A stretch of 64,000 nucleotides of DNA from assembly GCA_951406725.2 (NCBI GenBank), contig OX597815.1, forward strand, positions 79,608,001-79,672,000. The letters are read 5' to 3'. The notes below the pieces were generated by a model. It searched no databases, was not told the DNA's origin, and was given only the letters and a program-made list of their open reading frames with translations. A program made the translations under genes and the position numbers. Origin of the DNA: Octopus vulgaris (Eukaryota). Below are positions 28,002-39,581 of the stretch, in pieces (the stretch's first letter is position 1; the number at the start of each line of letters is the position of its first letter).

Positions 28002-28198
28002 CCAGCCGCCATGATTGACCGCTAACTCCAAAAGATTTTTTAAATTCTCTCTCTGTTTATTTCTTCGTGTTCCTTTCTGTTGAAGAGCGAGGGGCTCGAA
28101 ACGTAAATGACTTTCTCACCTTCCCGAGTGTTAAACTAATACACCTGTTTGTTGTTTATACACCTGTCTTCGTCTATTGTTTTTCTGTAAATGTCAAC
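28001..28198 (+). mobile_element. Family H2 hammerhead-bearing element between TA-rich tracts (ribozyme motif 28073-28109)
   Basis: cttt-CTGTTGA-A-GAGC-gaggg-GCTC-GAA-ACGT-A-aatg. Confidence 0.72.
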
Positions 28199-28317
28199 TA
28201 TATATATACATATATATGTACATAGGTATACATATATACTTACGTACATGAATATACATAGGTAGACGGAGAGATTGATAGATGCAGAGAGAGAAAGAGA
28301 GAAAGAGAGAGAGGCAG

Positions 28318-28357
<40 letters not shown>

Positions 28358-28447
28358 GGGGAGAGAGAAAGAGGAAGTGAGATGGTCAAAAATTATGCAG
28401 GACCTCACAGTTGATTAAATCGACCGTGGTATTTGATTGGTATTTAC

Positions 28448-28662
28448 ACTGGTTTCAAATTTTGGTACAAGGCCAGCAATTTATGGAGAAGGAGTAAGTC
28501 GATTACATCCACCTCAGTACTTCACTGGTACTTATTTTATCGATTCCGGAAGGACGAAAGGCGAAGTCGATCTCGGTGGTATTTGGAGTCAGAACGTAAA
28601 GCCGGATGAAATGCCGCTAAGCATTTTGACCGGCGTGCTAACGATTCTGCCAGCTCGCCGCC
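28448..28662 (-). mobile_element. Full-length family A SINE, tail type b
   Basis: ggtttcaaattttggtacaaggccagcaat...ctgccagctcgccgcc. Confidence 0.9.
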
Positions 28663-28730
28663 TTCATTGGTACTTATGTTGACGACACCTAAACATCTAC
28701 AGGATTTAAACTCAGAACATGAAAGTACGT

Positions 28731-28815
<85 letters not shown>

Positions 28816-29164
28816 ACACACACACACGCACAATTGATTATTACGTTATAATAACACCTCATCTGTGTTAGTGTCGGTTTTGATGGAACTGTTGATATTG
28901 GAGATGATGTAGTTGATAAACTCTCTCCAGAAACACCTTCGGTATTTAGGTTTAACTCACTAAAAGACACTTGACATTTGCTAAGATGTAAAATAAAAGA
29001 GCAACATTACACCAGGTTATCTCAGCCTTCATATTATGTAATGCCATAACACAGAACAAATCGCCACACTTTGCTACACAACATCAGAATCGCAGAACAA
29101 CCCCATAGCTTATTTCATAAAACAAATAAAAACAAAACAACACTTTGTTACACGACATTACACT

Positions 29165-29750
29165 AATAATCTTTTCTACTTTAAGCACAAGGTCTGAAAA
29201 TTTGCGAGAGGGTGCATCCCGATTACATCGACCGCACTGCTCAACTGGTACGTATTTTATCGATTTCGAACGGGTGAAATGCAAAGTTGATCTCGGCGGC
29301 ATTTGAACGTAAAAGACGAACGAAATACTGTTAAGCACTTTGTCTAGTGCACGAACAATTCTGTCAGTTCACCGCTTTAATTATGTGTAATGAATAGCGT
29401 CAAATTTTGGTACAAGGCCAGCAATTTCAAGCGAGAGGCTAAATCGATTAGATCAACCCCAGTGCTCAACTGAGACTTATATTATCGATCTCAATAGCAA
29501 GAAAGGCAAAGTCGACCTCGGCTGCATTTGAACCCAGAACGTAAAGATGGACCAAACGACGTTAAGCATTTTGCCTGGCGTGCTAATGATTCTGCCAGTT
29601 TGCGCCTTCATTATTTCGGCCTTTCATCCTTTCGGGGTCGATTAAATAAGTACCAGTTACGCACTGGAGTCGATATAACCGACTTAATCCGTTTGTCTGT
29701 CCTTGTTTGTCCTCTCTGTGTTTAGCTCCTTGTGGGTAGTAAAGAAACAA
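29165..29750. mobile_element. Cluster of three family A SINEs (29165-29377 minus, 29400-29608 minus, 29617-29750 plus 3' half)
   Basis: Each matches family A head, core or tail segments. Confidence 0.85.
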
Positions 29751-29771
29751 TTATTTATAATAACAATGTCA

Positions 29772-30134
29772 TCTCTCTATATATAAACGGCAAAATGTCT
29801 GTGTGTGTGTCCTTTATACAAATCCACAATTCTTTAGTTAGAGGGCTCGCACTTTCCACGGTCATTCAAAACCGTCCAAGGGTGGTCGTGCATATCTTTA
29901 CATTTCCCCAGTCACCCCGCAAAGCCATTAAAAAATCAATAGAAGTGACTTTTTTAAAATTTTCTATCCAAGACCCAATGAAAATGCCCGAAACTTGATA
30001 CGCCAATTGAATGCCAGCAAGCTGTATGTGATTGGTCGGAGATTTGGACAGTACTCGCGTGTATGTGCGCACGCACGCAGCTGTATATGCATGCACTAGA
30101 AGTATGACCCAGCGTTGCCGGGTCATAGTGCTAG
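29772..30134 (+). mobile_element. Non-autonomous Helitron
   Basis: 5' TC after A (a|tctctctatatataaa), subterminal hairpin tatgaccc..gggtcata (30103-30127), 3' CTAG|t end, no TSD. Confidence 0.85.
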
Positions 30135-31614
30135 TTATAGTATACAATGCTTACGTGCACTACAATTCGTCGGAAAAGGGTAAAGGAGGGTACAGAAACC
30201 AGCAGCATAAAAGAAAAAGAGGGCCATGGAAGCTAAAAGTACATGCATGATTCACAGAATAAAACGCAAATAGGCAGAAATGTGAACAGTAAATGTGTTA
30301 TAAAGAGGTAAGGTTGCATTGACTGACAGGAGTAGTGTTAATGAATTTCATGAAGCATCTCTGTACTTCACACACGGACGAACAACAATTCAATCACCAC
30401 ATTATATAACATCACGGTAGCGCATAGACGCTAATACTACACTATAATTTAGCTCAACGTATTGTATCATATGATAAATAGATACTATATGACATCATCG
30501 CAGTACAATGCTCTGCATCAGACTATCCAAACTTCAGCACAAACCCGAAAGACACACCACTGTATACGACATCACAATACAGTACATCACAAACACAGAT
30601 AGAATGAATTTCCAAGAATATATTTTCTACTAAAGGCACAAGGCCTGAAATTTGACCGCAGGTGACTATATATTAAACCATACCTTACAACTATATTAAA
30701 CTAGACCACATTGCAATTCACTACTGTACATCATGCTACCTCATTCGATACAATTTCATATACCACAAAATACCTTATGACACCAAACAGCACCATACTA
30801 TACAGTAAACCCCATCATATTCACGGCTCCAAACAGCATTGTACTGTATGCAGCAGAATCAAGTGTAATGCATAACCACAACATGCCAGCGCCAGTACCA
30901 CTTTACAACATACAACAGCACACCCACACAGTACTCTACACTCAGCCATCCCATACCATACCATACTCCACCGAAATACCCAGTAAAAAATATCGTAAAA
31001 ATAATCAAACCTTACAACAATGATACATTGTCAATCTTAAATGAAAATACTGTACATCATAAAAAAGACTTTTTTTTAAAAACAGAAACAAAAAAAGGTG
31101 AATAAAAACAATATAAACAAAAGAAATGTTTTAACATAAACAAAATAAAACCAGTATTGTGAGATTAAATGCCACATTTCAACGCACCCCGCCCTCACTG
31201 CGACATCAAACATTGTGAAATACCTGGTATTCTTTCAGAAATGTAACTGGTTGTAACTGACTTCTTTTCTTGTTTATCTAGCTATCTGTCTATTTATCAG
31301 CCTATGTCTCTACATTTATCTTTCTTTCTTTCTATTTTGCTTTCCTTCTTTCTTTCTTTTACTTCTTTTCTGTCTTTCTTCCATATCCTTCTGTCCTTTC
31401 TTCCTTCCGCCCTTCCATTGTTCTTTAACTAACTACCAGCCATTTTAAAGAGCATTACTGGTTTATTACTATAATAACTCGTTAGTCTAGGGTATTGTGA
31501 AAAATATCTAAGTAAAGTCACAATGCCACATTCTATTCATATATATACATGTGTGTGTGTGTGTGTGCGCGTATTATTATTATGTGTATATACATATGTA
31601 TGTATGTATGTATG

Positions 31615-31645
<31 letters not shown>

Positions 31646-31659
31646 TATACATATGTATG

Positions 31660-31702
<43 letters not shown>

Positions 31703-31715
31703 AATGTATATATAC

Positions 31716-31752
<37 letters not shown>

Positions 31753-31754
31753 CG

Positions 31755-31831
<77 letters not shown>

Positions 31832-31929
31832 ATGTAATAATTTCAAACTGAAACATAGAAATACACATTTGAATGGATGAGGCTTTATATTCCATGGAAT
31901 CATCTTCCAGTATGTTACTTATACTTATG

Positions 31930-32730
31930 TCGACACCAAAGACAAGAAACGTAAAGTCGATACCGGCAGGATCTGAACTCAAAACATAATGGGATGTAAC
32001 TACAGATTTCAGAGAATTTTTATCTGGTTTGTCCGATATTATATCAATTGACCTATTTGTGATACATATAACGAGTGCGCACTTTGGGCAAAGGGTGTAA
32101 AGCAATTGATTATAACAAATACTTGGATGATACCTGTTTTACCAACTATGGAAGAATGATAGGCGAAGAGGGCTTGGGTGGAATTTGAACTTAGAATCAC
32201 AATTAAATACTGTGAGGCATTTTTGCTGCACTGCCGATTTTATCTCACCAGCCATAATAATCCTTTCTACTATAGGCAATAGGCCTGAAATTTTAGGGTA
32301 GGGTGTTCAGTCGATTACATCGACCTCAGTGATCAGCTGGTACTTATTTTATCGACCTCGGAAGGATGAAGGGCTAAGTCGGCGTCGGCAGAATTTTATC
32401 TCAGAACGTAAACCTACCAGCCATAATAATAATAATTCTCTCTATTATAGGTACAAGGCCTGAAGTTTTTTTGGGGGAGGGGACTAGTCGATTACATCGA
32501 TCCTAGAATTTCACAGGTATTTAATTTATCGACCCTGAAAGGATGAAAGGCAAAGTCGACCACAGCGTAATTTTAATCAGAACGTAAATCTGTCATCCAT
32601 AATCCTTTCTACTATAGGCACAAGGCCTGGATTTTCTGGGGAGGGGCACAGTCGTTCACATCGACTCCATTACTGAACTAGCACTTAATTTATCGACCCT
32701 GAAAGGATGAAAGGCAAAGTCGACCTCGGC
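31930..32730 (-). mobile_element. Head-to-tail stack of about five family A SINE pieces
   Basis: Units at about 32254-32410, 32420-32590 and 32598-32730 each contain tatagg..aggcctg..gtcg..acatcga..aaggatgaa; older copies at 31930-32250. Confidence 0.85.
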
Positions 32731-33501
32731 GATAACAATAACAATAACAATTGACAAGAGGATTATAACAAAATTCCTCAATAGGAGGAACACTACTTAG
32801 GTGACTAAAGAATCCGACAGATCCCGAGTCATCCTGCTCATCAGGAAGTCTACAGTTAGTGCTCTTCCCTGCTCTGTACCGTTTAGCCTACAAGCTCATA
32901 CTCAGTATAATTAATTCACTCGGGACATTGTCGCTACATTTACAAATTTACTGAAGGTAGCTCCTCTCATCCCACCCTCACTTTCCTTTCCAAGTGAATT
33001 TTAAAAATACCGATGACAGCTTCGCTGTAAATGAAAGTGTCTCCCTTCAGTATTTTCTGTCACGTTCATTACTTAACCATTCGCCGTAGCCATCAGCCAG
33101 GAAAACTGCCTGCTCTTCACGGCCAATGGAAGGCAGCAGGAAATTTTTACGATAGAGTGGCTGATAGCCGGGTCTATCATATACATGATAGCAGGTGGTA
33201 GACATTACTCTATCAAGCCAGCAATAATCGCGTGCAGGACGGATTTTTGACCCCGCCGAACTGCGTTGCCGTAGGATGACAAATTTTGAATCACACACAA
33301 CAGTTGCAATAAGAGTTTTAGGAGGGCGCGAAAACTCTGCTCTTTTCCCTTAAATTTTCTTAAATCGAGTGACGTCTAATTTCTCCCATTCCTCTCGTAG
33401 TAAAAAAAAAAAACTGTATGGTTCCCTTATGGAGACTATAGCCCAGCGAAAGCAGCCTTGCTAGTATTGATGTTGTTGTTGTATGTGGTGTTATTAGTTT
33501 A

Positions 33502-34000
33502 AGGCGGCGAGCTGGCAGATACGTTAGCACGCTGGCGAAATGCTTAGCAGTATTTCGTCTGCCGCTACGTTCTGAGTTCAAATTCCACCGAGGTCGACTT
33601 TGCTTTTCATCCTTTCGGGGTCGATTAAATAAGTACTTATTTCTTTATTATCCACAAGGGGCTAAACATAGAGGGGACAAACAAGGACAAACATAGGTAT
33701 TAAGTCGATTACATCGACCCTAGTGCGTAACTGGTACTTATTTAATCGACCCCGAAAGGATGAAAGGCAAAGTCGACATCGGCGGAATTTGAACTCAGAA
33801 CGTAAAGACAGACGAAATACGGCTACGCATTTCGCCCGGCGTGCTAACGATTCTGCCAGCTCGCCGCCCTTACTGCCAGCTCACCGCCCGATTAAATAAG
33901 TACCAGTTACGCACTGGGGTTGATATAATCGACTTAACCCATTTGTCAGTCCTTGCTTGTCCTCTCTGTGTTTAGCCCCTTGTGGGTAGTAAAGAAATAG
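33502..34000. mobile_element. Plus-strand family A SINE split by an antisense full-length family A SINE
   Basis: TSD cgattaaataagtac at 33622-33636 and 33889-33903; inner copy 33637-33888 on the minus strand. Confidence 0.92.
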
Positions 34001-34869
34001 GTGTTATTAGTTTGCGTTCTGCTGGTGTTATTACTTTTGTAGTTGCTGTCGTTGTTGTTAGCTGCTGCTGCTGATGTCTCTGCTGCTATTAATATTTTTT
34101 ATTGCAGTTGATACTAGTGCTGCCGCAACTGTCATTGCTGCCTTTCTTATTTTTGCCGTTGCTGCCACCGCTGGTGTCTTTGCTATCCTTGCTGTTGCTG
34201 ATGTTGTTACTTTTGTTAATGTTGTTGTTACTGATCTTATTGTCTTGCTACTGTTACTGATCTTATTGTCTTGCTACTTATTGTCACCGCTACTGTCGTT
34301 TGCCGTTTATAGCAGTAGTACAATTTTTTGAAATTTGAACTTTCAACACGGAACTTTCCACTCCACTTCGATGAGCAGAATGCTACCATAGCTGCTAATG
34401 TCGTTGTTCTTGTTGCTTTTGTTAGTGCTGTTGTTGGTATTATAGTATTAGTATTGTTGTTGATGCTACTGTCGTTTGCCGCTATATCAATTGGACTTTG
34501 AACTTAGAACGCTTGACAAACGATCTTTTTCTCTTCTATGAACCTGGTGAAGTACCTTGACACTTGCTGCACCTGTCTTTGTGAGTCACCTCCAATCTCC
34601 CCCTTCCGTTTACTGGCTGTGGAGGTTGGCAAGTGTTTGTCAAAAATATGCATTTTCAAAATAAAATTTGAAAATGTTTGCAACAACTTTGAGCCTCAAA
34701 GAGGCGGTAAACAGAGAAATCTAACTAACCCTATGTTCTGTTTGCTTTAAGAAATTTTATACGATAATATTTCAAGAAGTATTAGCTTTTGAACGCATAA
34801 ACAGACGAACAAAATTACGAGCGACTCGAAGCAATGTATTGCTGCTATTAACACAACAACAAGAACAAC

Positions 34870-35160
34870 AATAATAATCCTTTCTACTATAGGCAGAAGG
34901 CCTGAAATTTCTTTGGGAAGAGGGTTAGTTGATTACATTGATCCCAGTGTATTACTGGTACTTATTTCATCGACTCCGAAAGTCGACCTCGGCAGAATTT
35001 GAACTCAGGTGGAATTTTTACTCTAGGCACAAGGACCGAAATTTTGGGGGAGTGGGTCATTCGACTAGATCGACTCCAGTACGCAACTGGTACTTAATTT
35101 ATCAACCCCGAAAGGATGAAAAGCACAGACGGCAAAGTTACCTCGGTAGCATTTGAACAA
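34870..35160 (-). mobile_element. Two tandem family A SINE 3' fragments
   Basis: aatcctttctactataggcagaaggcctg.. and ctctaggcacaaggaccg..cgaaaggatgaaaag. Confidence 0.82.
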
Positions 35161-35499
35161 ATAACTTTTATCATAGCCGTTAGGTTTCAATTGAAAAAAG
35201 AAAAAAAACATTTCAATAACTACGGTAAATATTTCGTTTGTTTGTTACAACGACAAAAGATGATGAAACATTGCAAACAGCGGATTTACAAGGTAACGGC
35301 GTGGTAAACATAGTATTTAAAATACATAAGTGAGGGTGATGTGGCAACATATTAGAGAAGACCATGATCACCCACCACCACCACCACCACCACCAGTCTG
35401 AGGTATGTTGACAGGCGCAAATTAAAAGCAGAAACCCAAAAGATAGATTTTGTTTTTGGACTCTTTCAGACGGTAAAATTAACTGAAGCCTACAACATT

Positions 35500-36968
35500 A
35501 TCAAGGCTGCAGCTAAGGTTGCCGGTAAAAGAGTTGGATACAGAAGAAGAGAACAGATAGTATGTAAAGATCCATACCGGTGGAGACGAATTGGTGAGAA
35601 ACGAACAGAGTTAAAAAAGACATTTGGGACAAATTGATAGATTAAAAAGAGGAGAATTGCAAAACGAAAGTATAAGAATAAGACTAGAAAGAACATAGAG
35701 ATTAAGACATAAAGATTATGATGTAATAATAAATCTCCTCGAAACTGCAGTCCGTGCGTATCACTTAGGTTTACGAAAGGGGATGACCTCCCTTTGCAAA
35801 TATCATAAGGGCACAGAAAGTGTGCCTAAAGCCAGCTGGAGACGATGATCTCCTGGGGCTAAAAGCTACAGTAACACCCACCCTTAGTGGTTAGCCATAT
35901 TGAGATGGCTAGTATACTTTACGATTATGATGTAATATTGGAAGAATTGAAACAAAGGGCAGTAGCAATCAAAGGCAAAACTGTAATGGTATGACAATAG
36001 AACAAACAAATCAGACAGAACAGATTGTTCGAAGCCAATAATATAAAGAAACTGTTTGAGGAACTAGATAGGCAAGTGCACCTACCATTGATACCCGATG
36101 CAGACGAAAGCAGAGAATTCTGGGGAGAAATTTGGGATCAGCCGGTAGCGGAGTGGCTGCATGAAATCCAAAATAAATTAAGAAATATACAAGGTCAAGA
36201 CAGCATAAAAATAAATACAGAAAAGATAAAAAGACAGATAAAGTTCCAAATTGTAAGAGCCCAAGTCTGGATGCTGTCCAAAGTTATTGGATGAAAAATC
36301 TGAGAGGTCCCCATGAAAGAATAGCAGAACAGCTGGATAAATATTTGTAGAAGGTTCAATGCTCGACTGGATTACAAAAGGAGCGTTATGTATCAAGGAG
36401 CTTGCAAAAGGTATCATTGTATCCAACTTTCGAGCAATAACGTGATTTCTGTTAATATGGAAACTATTGTCAGATCTTTTGGCTGGTGAACTGTATGAAT
36501 ACTTCGAAAAATTTGGGCTATTACCTATTGAACAGAAAGGTTGCCGAAAGAGGGGTCAGGGAACGAAAGATCAGCTGTTAATTGATAAACTAATGCTCCA
36601 AAATTGCAAGAGAAGACAAATCTAAGCATGGCATGGGTTGATTATCGTAAGGCATACGGTATGATACCACAATCTTGGGTAAGAAGAACTTTGGAATTGT
36701 AAGGAGTAGCATAAAACATGAAATGCCTTTTATGGAATAGTATGAAATTTTGGAGAACTGAATAGACAGCAGGGAATCAGGAATAAGAAGTGAAAATTAG
36801 GAGAGGAATCATCACGGGGGGTAGTGTATTCCCACTAATCTTTGTGGTATCAATGATTTCTTTGAGTGAAATACTGGAGAAGACAAACTTGAGGTACGAT
36901 CTGGGCAAAGGTAAAGGAAAGCTTAATCACCTGCTATTCTTGGATAATTTGAAGTTGTTCACAAAAAA

Positions 36969-37049
<81 letters not shown>

Positions 37050-37975
37050 GAGGGGGGATTGAAATCAGGAAAAAAGAAAAGGACAAAACAAGAAGTAAAA
37101 GAAAGACATGAAGAAGCACTACGCAACAAGGGACTGTGCAATAATATCTATGTAACCACAACTGAAGTTGCTGGAAAACGTAGGTGGGACTGGTTGAAGA
37201 AGGGAACACTGAAAAGAGAGACCGAGTGCACAATACTGGCCGCTCAAGACCAAGCTTTGGCCACAAATTGGAGGATCAACCTTAGCAATGAGCATGTGTT
37301 TCCGTTATGTCGAATTTGCAACAAAATTGACGGAACTATTCTCCATATCGTGAACGAATGCCCTCGATTTACCCAAAACCAAGTTGTGGCGACACGCTGA
37401 CGTTGCGAAAGTGCTACATTGGTAACTTTGTGAAAAGTGGGAGTTAGAGAGAGAAGCAAGAAGTGGTATGAGAACTAAGTACAGAGAATCACGGAGTCGG
37501 AGACCTGCAAAGTCCAGTAGGATTTCCCAATCTAAACAGACCAGGTGCTTAAGCACAACAAGCCGGACCTGGTGGTGGTGAACAAGGTAAACTACATGTG
37601 CTCTATAATTGATGTTGTGTGCCTCTTGGACACACAAATAGTCAAGAAAGAAGACGAAAATATAGACATATACAACCCTCCTAAATACGAGATAGCTCGA
37701 TTGTGGAAAATGAAGAAGGTAAAGAGAGAGCCAATTATTGTTGGGTCCCTGAGGGCAGTATCACAAACCATCAAGAGGAATATAAAGGAAATCGGAAGAG
37801 AGTGTCCAGTAGAGCCGTTACAAAAGGTTTCCGTGCTTGGCACATCCACAATCATCAGAAAAGTATTAGATAGTTGAAAAGAACAGATAGCATGGTTGCA
37901 TAGGCTGAAAGTTAGCAAGCTCGCTACGCATGCAATACTCTAGGAGTTCCCAAAAAATCTGAGTTAAAATGATAA
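35500..37975 (+). mobile_element. Large decayed R4/Dong-clade retrotransposon (N-terminal region, RT, zinc knuckle, RLE)
   Basis: [67 protein letters not shown] (RT with DD degraded), then ILAAQDQAL, CRIC..HIVNEC, HNKPDLVVV..KYEIARLW..GTSTIIRKVLDS*; many stops and frameshifts; (AAT)n tail. Confidence 0.92.
35729..35922. mobile_element. About 195-bp structured insertion with 15-bp TSD inside the Dong-like element
   Basis: gattatgatgtaata at 35714-35728 and 35923-35937. Confidence 0.8.
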
Positions 37976-38928
37976 TAATAGTAATAATAATGATAATAAT
38001 AATTGTTTAGATAAGGTAAAACGGCAGCATCAAAAGAAAGCACTAATCACATTAATCATAACAATAAAAACTGTTTTAGTACAAGGTATATCTACGTACA
38101 CAGAAAAGAAAATTAGATGCGTCAAGGAAGTTATATGACCTCAGTAGAAGCAGTGCTAACAGCATAAGTAACAAGTAACAACAATAGAATTTGCTCAAGG
38201 AACAACAATTATAATGATTTCAGCAAACATTAGTTTAGTACGTAACTTTCAAACATGAAAAACGAGAGGAAATTAAAATTCAAAAGGCAAAGAAAATTTT
38301 ATATGAATGATGAATATAAATTACAAGAGAAAGTAAGCTGTGAATACCATTGTTTTGTTTTTCCGTGTAAAAATCATGACTTTGAAGTTGTTTTCGCATA
38401 TCTAGATAATGTGGTGAAATCACCTGATATCGTGATGTCATACTTCTGTACATATTCACATACATTTTCCCAACCGAAAAGTTAACACATGCATACATAC
38501 ATACATACATACATACATACATACATACATACATACATACATGCATGCATGCATGCATACATGCATACATGCATACATGCATACATACATACATACATAC
38601 ATACATACATACATACATACATACATACAAATATTCACACATACTCATGCATACAAACGCGCACACATTCATACATAGGTATGGTGATGCAAACAGTAAG
38701 ATATAAAACGAAAAAAAAAGTAAAAGAAAAACGTGAGTATATCTTTTATCTTTTATCTGTTTCAGTCATTAAACTTCGGCAATGCTGGGGCACTGCCTTG
38801 AAGAACTTTTTGTCAAATGAATCGACCTCAGTATTTATTTTGTTCTTTAAGACTGGTACTTATTATATCAGTCTCTTTTTGCCGGGTTGTCAAGCGGAGT
38901 CAGGGGACAAACACAGACAAAATGACAC

Positions 38929-39129
38929 GACCGCGTGTTATCCGTTGGCGATTTTTTTTCCTCTGTCTTCCTTTCTCTGGATCTCTCCTTCTCCTATGTT
39001 TCCGACGAAGAGCTCCGCTCGAAACGTTAAGCCCTCCTTCTTTCCTTCTTTCCTGAGCGTCCAATAATACTATATTTGTTGCACGTCCTAGCGTTGTTGT
39101 GTTTTCTCTTTGTGTTTTCATGTTTGGAT

Positions 39130-39133
<4 letters not shown>
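38929..39133 (+). mobile_element. Family H1 hammerhead-bearing element (ribozyme motif 38998-39032) ending in (TA)n
   Basis: gttt-CCGACGA-A-GAGC-tcc-GCTC-GAA-ACGT-T-aagc; homologous to 49634-49844. Confidence 0.75.
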
Positions 39134-39167
<34 letters not shown>

Positions 39168-39168
<1 letters not shown>

Positions 39169-39312
39169 GACGGGCTTCTTTCCGTTTCCATCTTCTAAGA
39201 CCACTCACAAAGCTTTGGTAGAAGGCATTTACCCAAAGTACCACGCTGTGAAAATGAACACGGAACCATGTGGTTGGGAAGTAAGATTCTTCCCACACAG
39301 CCACGCCCGCGC
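39168..39312 (-). mobile_element. Family B CORE-like SINE, 5' half
   Basis: Minus strand ggcgtggctgtgtgggaagaatc..cccaaccacatggttccgtgttc..gtggtactttgggtaaatgccttctac..ggaaacggaaagaagcccgtcg, then (TA)n. Confidence 0.8.
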
Positions 39313-39513
39313 CCAACTAGTTGGAAGCGCACAGTAAGTTGTTCATATATATGCTGTTTTTATTAATGATCGCCAATAGTGACAGAGTGATTCAAGGGCT
39401 GAGAGCCACTTTGTTGCTTGTGCCAATTAATTAAAAACGTAAACATATGTATATAAATATACATGCAACATACACACACTTGTGCGTATGTATATATATA
39501 TATATGTGTGTGT

Positions 39514-39581
<68 letters not shown>

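Noticed and set aside
30390-30970. CA-rich quasi-periodic stretch
   Set aside because: Consistent with a decayed pentanucleotide (ACCAT/ACAAT-like) microsatellite.
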